Positions 50,801-64,000 of a stretch of DNA of 64,000 nt are shown here, piece by piece (positions within the stretch are counted from its first letter, which is position 1; each line of letters begins with the position of its first letter). Made by a program: the position numbers and the translations under genes. This stretch comes from Epiperipatus broadwayi (Eukaryota; Animalia; Onychophora). The notes under the pieces were generated by a model. It was not told the DNA's origin, made no database searches, and saw only the letters and a program-made list of their open reading frames with translations. The stretch spans positions 12,462,001 to 12,526,000 of the forward strand of contig JAQFVV010000005.1 of NCBI GenBank assembly GCA_028023455.1, written 5' to 3'.

Positions 50801-53449
50801 AGTAACTCAAGTTCATATTTCAGCTCCATAATGGTTTTTCCATTTAAAATATGTAGATAATTTATTCAGGCTAATTTATCTATCTGAGTTCGAAGCTTCA
50901 GTCAAAATATTTATAAACATGGCAATGATTTCCAAAACAAAAATGTTCAATAGTTCTTTAAATAAACACCTTCATTTTTTTTCTTTTAAAGATAATTTTA
51001 AATATTAAAATAATAAAATAGGCCGGCATTGGAAAATAAATTCTTCAGCTGAGTACATTTTTGTATGATCCCGGGTTCAAACACAGAATAATAATATAAA
51101 ACTTTATTTAAATTTCATTATTTTCTTTTAGGCAAACACATTTTTTTAAATAGTTTTTTTTTAAAATATTTTTTTATATAATATTTAAAGATGTATTTAA
51201 TTTTAAAACAAATTTTCTTTTACCATTTTAAACACAAGAGTAGACTTCTTTTATAATTAAAGACGTTCCTCGGTTTATGAGCTAAGATTACTTGTCACAA
51301 AGTTACTTATAAGTAATGGCAAATATAACAATTTACGATGTATTTGACAGATACGAGAATTATTATTTTAAAATACATATTTTCCTCTGTTTACATTTAG
51401 CTAAAACGAATTATTTCCATTTCAGGTAAAGGTATAAATGATAACCTTTTAGTTAATCATTATTTGTAAGTTCATCCTTAATTAAATATAGCTTAAAACA
51501 TTTTTATCCAACACTTTCCAGACTAAGATAATTACTATCTCATATACAATAAATTTTAAAGTTGGACATTAAAAAAAATTGATATTCAACTATAGAACGC
51601 TTTGCAAATAAAGTTCATTCTTCTTTATCTTAATATAATATATTTTTCTTTTCTAAATTTACTTTCAAAAACAAATATTATTATGGAAGAGTATATTTAA
51701 ATGTAGATATCAGGTATTAATGGTGACGCATCAAATTTAAAGTCAATTTTAATTTACGAGGAAGATGACGCATTTTCATTAAAAAAAATTTTTTTTAATT
51801 ATCAATGTCTTTTAATTTCTTCCTCACATATATTTTTAATTTAATAGGATAAAGACTAAGTATCCTACAGCTACAATAGTTCAGTGCAAAATATTGTGCA
51901 GCCATAAAAATAATTAATAATTTATGCTTTAATTTTACTTTTACTTTTAAATAAAGAAAAACGAATAGATAAAATGCATATGAAATAAGAGATGCTAAAT
52001 TTCCTTCAAACATTTTTTACTATAATCTCATGTTCCAATTGAAATTTGATTGTCAGAAAATGATTACCTTTTTAACTTCAGCCATTCATTACTGCAGGAC
52101 AATTTTAAATAGTTGTTTTAAAAACATACTTTTACTTTTAAAATAATAAAGTTTTAAAAAAATTACCACTTTTATTAAAGAAAATTTCAGGATTCAACCA
52201 CACGTAGAAACAAAATAAAACAAGCCCCTGAATGACTCTTGGATTAGTGTTTATATCTAATAATCTATAATACTCCCACTTTTGTAGGTCCATTGGCTTG
52301 AAAACCAATGAAATTATTTTTTATCAAACTTTACCATTCTTGACAGTTCAGCTGTCAAATCGATTTACTGCCGTAATTAATCTAATTATAACAAATCACG
52401 TGACTTAACAGCTGCAAAGTCAAAAGTTCATTATTAACAAATATTATGTAATATTTTTAATGATATTTTATAAAACACAATAACAATAAATATAAAATTC
52501 AGAGATATTCCTCTTTATTCAATTTTTGAAATATTTAATTTCAATAACTTTATCCATACATTTGTTTTTTTTTCTTTTTTAATCAATATTGGAATTAAAA
52601 TATTTTTTTATTCTTATGTTTACATGTCATTCTTGCATGCCCATACATATTCTCACATATGTGTGGCCTCACACTAATTGTTTAAAAGTTATTTTTAAAA
52701 CTACAACAATAAAAATATTAATGAATATTTAATTCAAAATAACTTTATAAGTGAAACGCTAACCTAAATTACATCTTATAAATATTATTATACTGTTTTA
52801 ATATAAACTTAGATTATTTTTTAAATTTATTAATATTTATTCCAATTTATTTATAATATCTAATTATTATAATTTAGACATTAAAATGAATTACACAATA
52901 GTTACTTTAAAATACATTTAATATTATTTATCAACTCACAACTATTTCTGATATTTCTTTTAATTCAAATTATTATCTGGCATCCCTTATGAAACTAACT
53001 CACATATACTATTGAACATTTAGACATAATTCCATAATATTCAACAACTATTATAATACTACATAAAATTAACCTATTTTACTCATTAATTCAGTTAACT
53101 TCCATTTTTGTCATTATTATTTTTTTTAAATCAGAAAATTTCAAACAAAAGGTTAAGCTAAGATAACCTCATGCACCTATTGGAACTAAGTGAAACTTCA
53201 GTTAGGTACAATATATATATATATAAAGTTCCACTATATTGTTGATATTGTTGATAAATACACACTATAGGCCTTGTAAAAAAGAATCTCAATTTTTTTT
53301 AAAAAAAGTGCAATGCCTATTGTTAGTAAATAAATTTCAAACTTCAGGTTATACTGGTTTTGTTAATAATGCTTTAAGAATTTAAATAATATGCATTATG
53401 ATTTTTCACAGGTTTTGAACAGCGTTTTATTAAGAATTCACTACAGAGC

Positions 53450-54010
53450 CAACTATTGTAAGTCTAATTAATTAATGTATACTAAAATGTAGAGTTCAAT
53501 CCACATTCCAGATAAATCTCTGGCTATTGATTTTCAATAAAGAGCAATGAATCTGCATTAACACATCCAGCATCAATTTTTCTTTCATTTATAATATTCA
53601 AGTTAACTATCTTATAGTTATATAGTTCATCTCTATGACAGAATTTTTTTTATTGACCACACTGTTATGCTAACTCTAGGAATGATCTATTCTTTGTTAA
53701 TGATAATATATATCAAATGAAGCATTGCTGTTCAATTTTTATAAATAACACATTATATTAATATTTTTATGAAAGTTTTTCCATTTACTACAAGTGTTTA
53801 TAGTCATTATAGGCTGTTTTAATAAAGTCTGATTGAACTTAACAATTACATTCTACTCTTCTGATAGACTTATATAATAAAAATTATTACTTATCACTAA
53901 AATATTTTTGGCTCTTAAATTCTTTGTTGATAGAGGAGACGGAAAAGTGTTATAGAGCAGTGGCTGTAAATCGATAGAAAAAGACAAAAGTTCTCCGTAT
54001 GTAGTAACTT
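53450..54010. repeat. Dispersed repeat, copy 2 (copy 1 at ~24840-25420)
   Basis: Same colinear blocks and orientation as 24840-25420. Confidence 0.55.
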
Positions 54011-54139
54011 TTAAAAGTAATTATTCATAAGAAAAAAATGTTTGTTTCTATAAAAAGATGTCATATTTTGAATGGACCTTCATCTTCTAATATTTATTAT
54101 TTTATTGTATTCTCTCTTATTCATTATTACCTTATATAT

Positions 54140-54850
54140 AAAATCTGTAATTTCACTGTTGTATGATTGATGAATGAATGTTTGTCCAATGAGATCACAA
54201 TCACTACATTTATGCAAAGGAAGTAATTCCATCATTAAATAAAAAATACTGGGGAAAAAATTAGTATGAGTGTTCTTAACTACAGGGATATAGTATATAT
54301 TTCATGGTAAAAGTTCCTATCCAACTGCAGGAAGTCACAACTGTCAATTCTTAATTTGACATTAAGACATTCTGTACTTTCATGGTTTGTCAATTTCTAA
54401 ACATAATTCAGATGAATGACATACTTAGCAATGTTAACCAATTTTTATAAATTAATGTTTAGTAAAAAAACATTTTTATATTTAATCTTAAAAAAAATTA
54501 TTAAAGCAACCAATTAAAAAATATTACAAATATATTTAATAAAAAAAAAAATTACAAAAAACAAACAGCATTTTTGTATTCTGTCCCAGCCAGCTGCAGA
54601 AATAGTCACAAACACTGATTCATAATTCAATGTGAAGCATTCTGTGCTTTCATGTTTTGTCAATCCCCTAACATAGTTTAGAAAAATAGTATACATAGCA
54701 ATGTTAAACAATTTTTACAAATTTTTAATATTTAATAATAAATACCATATTTATAATAAATCATTTAAAAAAATTGTTAAAGCAAACAATTAAATAAAAT
54801 ATATTACAAATATTATATTTAATAAAAAAAATTATAATAAACAATAATTA
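54140..54850. repeat. Direct repeat flanking the Helitron ORF (other copy ~60220-60660), with internal ~270-bp duplication
   Basis: Shared blocks GATT(G)(A/G)TGAATGAATGTTT, AGTATGAGTG(T/C)TCT(T/C)AACTACA and GATATAGTATATATTTCATGGTAAA in both copies. Confidence 0.8.
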
Positions 54851-55899
54851 TTAATAAAGCTTAAAAAAACTTTTAAAATATGGTAGTCATAACCAACTAT
54901 CGGGGGGGGGGGATTTTTATTCAGTGGGCACTCTGATAAATCTAGATTTGCATGAAAACAGTACATGTGCTTTATTGTACAGAGGTATATTATAATGTGA
55001 TTACACTACATAAATTCATGTTTGAAATGTGATATTTAATAGGTGGAAAAAATAGATGCTATATGATACTATAGCATCTATTTCCATTTAGTTTTGGTTA
55101 GCGTATTATTATATTTATGTGAATAAATAATTCCACCATTAATAAAAAAACACTTTGAAAAAAAATCAGTACATGTGCTTTGAAATACAGAAATATAATT
55201 TTTAAATTGCAAAGAAAATGTGATTACAGTACATAAGTAATATGTAATATTTAGTGAGGGTAAAAAAATAGATGCTATAGTACTGTATTTATATCTAGTA
55301 TATCGTTGTTTTTTTTATTCAGAGGACACTGCATTAAATAATCTTATTATTTATAAATAAATCAAAAAAAATTACAAAAATGATGGACTTTCAGATTGTG
55401 TACATTTCTCACATTTATATATATAATATTTACATTTTTTGTTTAATTTACATTAAATCTTTAAAAAAAGGTGTCAAATCCACCAATTAAAAAAAAAACG
55501 ATATTTCCATAAACAACCAATCAAAAAACTATTACAAAAACATTAATTTGATTAAAGTAAAATATATATCTGTAAAGTTGTCTAATTCAAATTGGAAAAA
55601 AAAAAAAAACCTTAAATTTGTTTAAAGTAAAATATATATCCAGAAAATATAAAAGTATAGTGTTAAATTTTTTTAATTAACATAATTTTTGATGTTAAAT
55701 ATATAAATAATTAGTGAAAATGTCAAAATATAAATATAATTCCAGAAGAATTACTAAAATAAACGTTATAGATATATTGATATTTCTATAGTCTTTGAGA
55801 AAATTATAAGTATAAATTAGATTAAATAATAAACATACAATTGAATATATTTTTAATAAAAATGGATAATAATTGAGATAATAATAAGCCACCAATAAT

Positions 55900-58800
55900 A
55901 CTAAAAACTCATTTAGACAGGGAAGCAATTAAATGCTGGAGAGATTATGTATCTCAAAGTGAGGTAAAACAAAAAGAATCAGATCATAAAAAAAAGCAAA
56001 GTGCTCGAAAAAATGAATCTATGGAAGAAAGATCTGTTTATATCATGTATCAAAACATCAAAGAGATAGATGAGAATATGAATCACCTAAATGACCACAA
56101 TGTTTAGTGAATCTTAATGCTGCTAATTATAAACAACGATCCAATGAATTCATTGCCAGCAATAGGATCACTTAACGCAGAATGCAGCTTTTCATGATGA
56201 TCAATTAGAATTACATGTCACAAAATCCATCTCTTCTAGCTTTACAACAAATAGTAATTGAAGCACAAGAAGGAATTGCAAATCATCTTATTTAATGATG
56301 CAAAAAGGCATCTTCAACCTAATAGAACAAATATTTAAGAATAAATTCAACAAATCCTTCATTTAGAAATAAATGAATTGATTATTACAACACAATCATG
56401 TGGACCTCTAAATATTATTTGTCAATTTTGTGGAGCACTTCATTTTATATCTGAAAAACAAAGTGATGAAAAATTCAATTATTTTTGTCATAAAGGTAAA
56501 ATAAAATTACCACTGTGTTCAAGCTTTCCACAATATCTTCAAAATATTGTCTAATTCAAACACACATGACTACTACTGCTTTTGCCTCAATGGGGGCTAA
56601 ATTAGCAGGATATGTTTTAGATCATGGACCCTATTGTTTTCGAATGCAAGGATAATTTTATCATAAAACATCACATTTATATCCTGCTGAAGATAAAGAT
56701 ATACATAATTATATGTATTGGACTCTCAAAATGATTGCTTACCACACATAATGCAAAAATTACAAGACATTGGGCAATTAAATCCATTTGCAGACTCTTA
56801 TAAAATGTTTCGTAAAGTAGAAAAAGATCTTAACGAATATACTGATGCAAATAATTGAACTATGCCAACAATTTATATAGATTTACAAAGAAATTGAGAC
56901 AGTGATAATTGTTGATATAATTTACCAACTGCTAATGAAATAGAAATGCTATTTCAAAAATGAAGGTATTTGAGTGCGAAATTCGAATTTATCCATACAA
57001 TGATCAATAGTCATTTATAAATATTAACATTGTCACTACAAATTTGGATCCAATAACATATTCCAATTTCTTATCCTAATGCTGAATTAGGTTGGAATCC
57101 AGATCTTAGAACTGAAGTGTGTCCTGATGCTAGAATTTGTGCATGAAACGAGACATTGATTGCAATTTAAAGTAACACAGACATCTATTCATCAAAGTGT
57201 TTTAATCAGATTTTACATGGAGGAAAACTCACTCAACAGTGATTGATATTTACAGGTGGAGGCAACCAATTTAAATTTCATTAGATATCAACAAAATAAA
57301 CCCATGTTGAAAATTACAGTGGATTAATGAATTATATTGCTGAAAATTTTGTTACTTCAGGAGAACAAATAGGCAAAGTGGGTTATATTATCATCATCAG
57401 TTCAAGTCTCACCCAGAAATATGCAAGAACATTATAATGGAAAGTGACCTGAAATACAATCAAATTTATAACCAGAATAAAATTCATCTGATAGACCTAA
57501 TTGGGTCAAGTTTTTAAGATAAAATTAAAGGTATTGCTAGAAGATAGTAAAAGTGGTAAACTTTTTGATAAAATTTTAGCATGGGTATACCACAATCTAA
57601 TTTCAAAAACGAGGATTACCACATGTACACATATTAATAATATTACAAGAAGCTGACAAATTTCATGAAAGTAGCTTCACACAATGATACATAAATCATG
57701 TGGAACATTTAATTCTCAAGCTCCCAGCATGTAAAATGAAGAATGTACAAAAGATTTTCCCAAATCATTTCGATCAGTTACTAAGCTTAATAATAATGGA
57801 TATCCGTTATTTCAACATTTGGAACAAACATGCATTTTCACAGGTGGACAACCTATCGATAACAACTATGTACTACTTTATAATCCAATTTAATTACTAA
57901 AATATAATGCACATATTAACACTGAAACTTGTACTTAAGTTAAAGAAGTTAAATATCTTTATAAATATATTTAGAAAGAATATGATTCTGCAAATGTTGT
58001 AATTCATGAAAATGATGATGAACAGAATAAAATAGTACATAATGAAATTGCCAATTTTGTAGATTCATGGTATGTCAATGCTCCAGAGGTAATATGTTAT
58101 TTCTTGAATATAATATGCATGATAGATCACACAATATCTGACTTTGTGTTCATTTACAATTAATCAAATGGTGTATTTTAATTCAGATGATGACTGCAAA
58201 GAAATACCACATTAATGGTGTGATTTAAATTAAATCCTAAGAACCTACTGCGAGACAATATTTGTATACAGATATCCCATTATATTATGTATTTAAACAA
58301 GGAAAATGGAAACTTAGATGCAAACGAGGAAATAAAATAATTGCCCGATTATTAACTGTTAGTCTATGAAATATAGAACTTTCAGTTTATGTTTGCTTCT
58401 ATTAAAAGTTATAGAAGCAATTACCTTTGAATATTTAAAAACAAATGAAGGAATTATTTATCTGATATTTAAAGCAGCACCAAAACAAAGACAAATATTA
58501 GCTGATGATCTCAAATGGGAAATGTATTTAGAAGAAGTTATTGCTACTAAAATGCCAAAACAATATTTTTTTATATTCATACATTTTTTACTCCAACAAA
58601 TATTTTAGATTTATGGGGAAAATTTAGAAATGATTTATGTGAAGATTATCTTCATGAATAGACAAATTCAGTCGCACAACAACTAGCGCTATTAGATATT
58701 CAAGATATATTAGTAGAATATGGATTAACATTGCAAATATTTAATCTTTTAATTGCAGATCTTATTCAAATTAGTGAAATCAAATATTTGATGTTATTGT

Positions 58801-60165
58801 GGAAGTATCTGAAGCAATTAAAATAATGGCAACACTTAATTTATTTCAAAGAGAAGCTTTTGATAAAGTTGTAAGTGCAATTGATAATCCTGAAGCAACA
58901 GAAAAATGTGATGGACCAGGTAAACATTTATATAATACAGTACATTAATGGGTTTTAAGAGAACATAGTGAAATCATATTACCTCATGCTACAAATAGAA
59001 TTGCTTTCTACTTTATTAAAAAATGGCAGAACAGTACATAATGGATTTTAAATTCCAGTTCCATGTTTAAAAATATCTGTTTCAAATATTTGATTAAATT
59101 CTGCTGAAGATCAACATTATGTGAAGCTAAACTTATAATTATTGATGAAGCAACAATGATGACATCATATTTTATGATATATTGATAAATTATTAAAAGA
59201 AATTATGACAATTCAGCAACCATTTGGAGGTAAAGTTATTTTACTTTGAGACTTTCAACAAACATTACCAATTGTAAGAAAAAGTAGAACTGATGTTGTT
59301 GAAGCATGTATTAAATTAAATCCATTCTCGTATCATTTTAAACAACTTCAATTGTTAAAAAAGTAGGTCAAAGTAATTTTAACCAATGGTTACTTAATAT
59401 TGGAGAAGGTAAAATCGATCCAATTGCAGACTTAGATAATGATTTAATTAAAATTCCTTCTCACATGATTTGTAATCAATCTATTATTACAAAAATATAT
59501 GAAATCAAAAAATGGCATCTGAAATTGATGAAGTTTCACAAAAAAATCATATTTATCAGCAAAAATAGTCTTTTATTACAATTAAATAATGAAATTTTGA
59601 ATCTATTACCTGGAAATATGAAAACTTTTTATAATGCTGATTTTATTGTTTCTGATAATGAAGAAAATATTAATTATCCACCAGAATTTTTGCATGCACA
59701 AACATCATCTGGAATACCATTACAAGAATTAAATTTGAAAATTGGTGCTATTGTGATGCTTGTAAGAACCTTAAATCCCCAAAAAGGATTATGCAATGGA
59801 ACTCACTAGCTAATTAAAACTCATTATAAACATTTTATTGAAGCTGAAGTATTAACTAGCACAAAGGGGATAAGAGTTTTTATTGCATTAAGCGAAACTA
59901 ATTTATCTTTTATTTTGAAAAGAAGACAATTCCCTTTGATAACATCATTTGCAATGACAATTAACAAGTCACAAGGACAAACTTTTCAATCAGTATAATT
60001 ATATTTAGAAGAATCTGTATTTTTTTTGCCAATCAAAATGCAAAAATTAAAAGTAAATAAAAGTGATAATATATGATAATGAACAAGAGTGATGATAATG
60101 AACAAGAATTTTACTAAATAAATGACTTTTTACTAAAAATGTCATCTATCTAGAAATATATTAAT
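55900..60165 (+). mobile_element. Decayed Helitron Rep/PIF1-helicase coding region
   Basis: CGPLNIICQFCGALHF...HKGKIKL, AFASMGA, GPYCFR, SPRNMQEHY, FQKRGLPHVHIL (HUH, 57602), KYNAHIN, IIDEATM, FGGKVILL, GLCNGT, FAMTINKSQGQT (~59950); many stops and frameshifts. Confidence 0.92.
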
Positions 60166-60219
60166 CTGTAAAAATTAGAAAATTTTCACTTATTTTAATA
60201 TACTGATATTTTAATATAT

Positions 60220-60660
60220 AAAATTTATATTTCCTCTGTTATCTGATTGGTGAATGAATGTTTATCTGATAATGTCACAACCACTAAGTTTGTGCAAAGA
60301 AAGTAATTCTGCCAGTAAATAAAAAAGGCAGGGCAAAAAATCAGTATGAGTGCTCTCAACTACAAAGATATAGTATATATTTCATGGTAAAGTTTCCATT
60401 CAGCTGCAGAAACAACCCAAATGCCAATTTATAATTTGATGTTAAGACACTTCATGTTTTCATTGTCTGTTAATCCCTAATATTAGAATTCTTATAAATT
60501 AGCAATATTTAATATAAAAAAAAACATATTTACATTAAATCTTTAAAAAAATTGTTAAGGCAACCAATTAAATAAAAAATTACAAATATTATATTTAATA
60601 AAAAAAAAATATTACAAAAACAACCCACATTCTTGTATTCCATGATTTTTTAAATAAAAT
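60220..60660. repeat. Direct repeat downstream of the Helitron ORF (other copy ~54140-54850)
   Basis: Colinear similarity over ~440 bp to 54140-54590. Confidence 0.8.
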
Positions 60661-63600
60661 TTTTCACCATTTGTTTTTTTTATATATATATTTTTTTGTT
60701 CAAAGCTGGAAAAATCTCTCAAGCACACGTGGCAAGAGAAGGTTTGTGAATAATTAATGTCCAGACAAAAGGTGACAAACCAATTAAAAATTAATATTAG
60801 GGTTCAAAGTGTAAACACTTAAATCAGAAGAATGATTGATGGATAGGTTCAATATAAATAAGCTCATATTTGAGTTAGGGGTCTTCTCTAAAAATCTTGT
60901 GCTAAGTGAGCACATAACAATTTTATTTTCAATCTATCGTATGACTAAAGTTATTAGTTTTTATTTAAAAAGTGTATATTTTATATCTCCTCTATCAAGT
61001 CAACTGGTGCCAAAATTTTACCAATCAAATCAATACATCATGCTTAAGTCAACGCGTCCAATTCGGAAGCTTCGATCTACATATCCGAGAATGTCTCAGG
61101 TACAGACTTTTATTGTCACTTGTCTTTTGTTGAATAATTTAATGATTAAATTTGGATGGATCATTCATTGTACTACAAACTTTTCTTAATCTTACATGAA
61201 GTAAGTCGTTTTTAATATTTGAATGTTTAATTTTATTACAAACTTTCGTAATATTTTATACTACTTCAAATATTTAATTTTAATACTGGAATAAATGAAC
61301 TATAAAAGATAATAAAAAGCTGAAAGAGTAATCATAATAATAAATGCCAATTTTATCTCTATTTTATATTTGATTCAAGACATAATATAGTTAAAAGAAT
61401 AACTTACACTTACTGTAATTATTATTCTCAGAGTAAACCTATGCGTTCTCACGGGAGAATATAAAGCTTGAAAATTGTAGTCAAAACAATTTTTAATAAA
61501 TGCGATGAGCAAAGAAGACTAAATATAAATTTATTTAAGTATTACTAACATAAACATAATGAACATCTGGTCTTATGAAAGATTTTCAATGGAATAAATT
61601 GTGTATGAATCTTATATAAATAAATTTAATTCTTATTATAAGCGTCTATCATAAAAGGAATCCTGAAATAATGGAAACCAATCCAAAGGATAATGTATTG
61701 CTTAAATAATTAAAATTAAATCCATATCGTAAAATCCCTTAAGAAAGAAGTAATATAATAAATGTGTGAATTACTGTGCTATGTTGTGGAAATCCGGATC
61801 TTAAAGTAGCTACTATATTAAATGTGTTTAAACTTCGCTGTTGCACCAAATAAACATTAATATTTTGGACAACTTCAATGATATTCTACCATGGCCATGC
61901 ATACATTTTATTTTTTTTTTCATTTAAAAATGATATATGTCTTTTCTTTGGATAGTTTACACTTCGCAAGAGGATAATTATTAGCATCATCAGTGTACCA
62001 AGAAAGAGACAATACTTAAAAAAAAAAATTATTATTATTGCATCACATTATATTTGTGTTAATGTGTTAGTTAAGAGTTAAACAAGTTTTGACCCCCATA
62101 TTCAATCTAATTTAAAGTAATTTGGTTTACTATAATATTCTTTGAGCCTGTATATATATTTTTCTTTATTACAAATGCTAGGGGAGTATGATAAATGAAA
62201 GGGTTTATAAGATATTGTTATGCTAATAATTTTAAATCAATATTTTCATGTTTATTTAATTTTCATATTTCGTATTTTATTGCTATGCTCGGAAGTGTGT
62301 GAGTTATTTTAAATGTGTATTTAAAATGAAATGATTTCTTAGGCTAGAGAACTATCTTAAGAAAAATTTATTCTTAGTCGTATTAGACTAATTGGTTCAT
62401 ACATCAATAATATGATACCCTTTTTATGCTATGTGAGAGTGCAAATGACCTCTGTTAAGGTTAGCGTAGTTTTATCACCTCAAAGGGTTGGGATGGAGCA
62501 TAGTTCTCTCATGAATAAATAATTTTATCTGAAAGTATTTTAGGAGATTGAGGACTTGATCCCAGCTTCAATCTTGTTTATTGCTTCATAGGAGAAATAT
62601 TTATGGTTGTAGTTTGCGGTGTTCTTAGCATGCCTCTTATATATGTGCAGAAACAAGTTCCTCACATACTTTTAACCTCAGAAAGAAGGCAAATTCTTAG
62701 ATCTATGCTAGCACCAAAAAGTTATTATTATTAACTTATTCTCTCTTATGAAAGCAACATTTTATCACTTGTTAGGTCATTGCATACTAGGGAAAAGCAG
62801 TTACTTCTTTAGGGACTAAATATTATATCATATTCATAAATTGATGTACTGAGTAGCTAAGCTTTGCTTTAGCTTGTGTGAGAACTGATCTTTATTCTAA
62901 ATTTATGTTCACAAATTTGAATTCAGGCAAGCAGTACCAGGTTCAGGCAGAAACAAGTCACTGCTGGACTGGTAAGAAAGGGATAGTAAACTCATGTTGG
63001 GCTATAGCAGTAGATACATATATGTCTGCATTGATATAATTATCAAAACATATCACACAATTATGAGATGTAATTTAAATACTAAGTTAGGGAATATAAT
63101 AGTTTGCGGAATGTGTGTAAACACAAATAGTAGAAGTTAACTTAATTTTTTTTTACTACATTTTAAAGTATGAGTTCCTTCCATACCGTAATTTTAGTAT
63201 CTTGAAATATAAATGTCTTAATAAACTGAATAAATATTATATCAAAATTTTTATGGGCTTTGAGCTAATGAATACGGTTAGTAATAGTTATATTGTACAT
63301 AATGTTGCTGAAGCACCAATTTAGATCTAACCAAATAACTATGAAACGATGTATTACAGGTCAAAATAATAAGAAATTATTTATATTATAAAATAGTAAT
63401 TAGTCCCAAAAGTGCTAGTATTAAAGGTCATCACTGAGACAAGCTATGCATTAATGTCACTTAGTTTATACAGTCTGTCATTGTAGCCAGTGCAGATCCC
63501 CATTGTGAATAATTTGAATTATATCTCATAGTTTTTTTAATTTGGGATTGCTACAATATTGATTTGAGTTGTAGTTTTTTTTCTTTTATATAATTGAATA

Positions 63601-64000
63601 AATATTTGTTGTTTTTAAATTTTAAACTTGTGTCTGGTATCTTAATGTTTTGGGTGTCCAGAGCCACACAATATCAGAACGTCACAATATTAAAATGTCA
63701 TAATATTGATAAGAATTATAATATTTATAAATTTATTATAGTCATTAATACTCGAGGTATAACATAAAAGAATTAATAGAAATAACTCATATTTCTAGTA
63801 CAGATTGGAATGAAATACCTTCATTAATTTTATTTTTTATTGCTAAAGTAAAGTAATACATTTTTCACTTGGTAAAATTTGAAAATTTAAATGAATGGCA
63901 TATATTTAAAATTTTTAGTAATCACTTGGCAAACAGATGAGAGAGTGGTTTAATTATAAAAATTAATATCTAATTGTTCAATTCAATGCAATCCGACTAA

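Noticed and set aside
51700-52420. Promoter suggested by TGACGCA x2, ATCACGTGAC and TTGACAG/CTGTCAA
   Set aside because: Short motifs only, with no associated gene identifiable in the window.
1041-61189. Remaining 60-120-aa ORFs in the track
   Set aside because: Compositionally biased, motif-free and expected by chance in AT-rich DNA, except those assigned to TE relics (37520, 37791, 39350, 44050, 58366, 59465).

Overview
Very AT-rich, CpG-depleted eukaryotic DNA, most likely an invertebrate animal; no prokaryotic features. Host content is a small cluster of tandem C2H2 zinc-finger genes: a 17-finger ORF (+, 10239-11795), a 13-finger ORF (-, 27926-29149) and a decayed third paralog (~4950-6200). 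The rest is layered with mobile DNA: a near-intact RTE LINE with TSD, older RTE and Gypsy relics, two 5'-truncated Penelope-like (GIY-YIG) elements and a decayed Helitron. The main discovery is about 11 hammerhead-ribozyme (HHR) motifs. Six belong to a non-coding ~460-bp repeat (family A), found as a head-to-tail array, as a terminally redundant 466+51-bp copy, and as head-to-head inverted pairs. Two belong to a tRNA-headed element forming a 558-bp palindrome (family B). Three follow the Penelope endonuclease ORFs. The three inverted-pair insertions share one architecture: HHR-sense 3' ends pointing outward, a 30-45-nt longer left arm and a 13-14-bp TSD. This suggests a retrozyme/Sm-alpha-like set of non-autonomous ribozyme retroelements mobilised by Penelope-like enzymes, possibly through circular RNA. 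All alignments and folds were done by eye and need computational confirmation.
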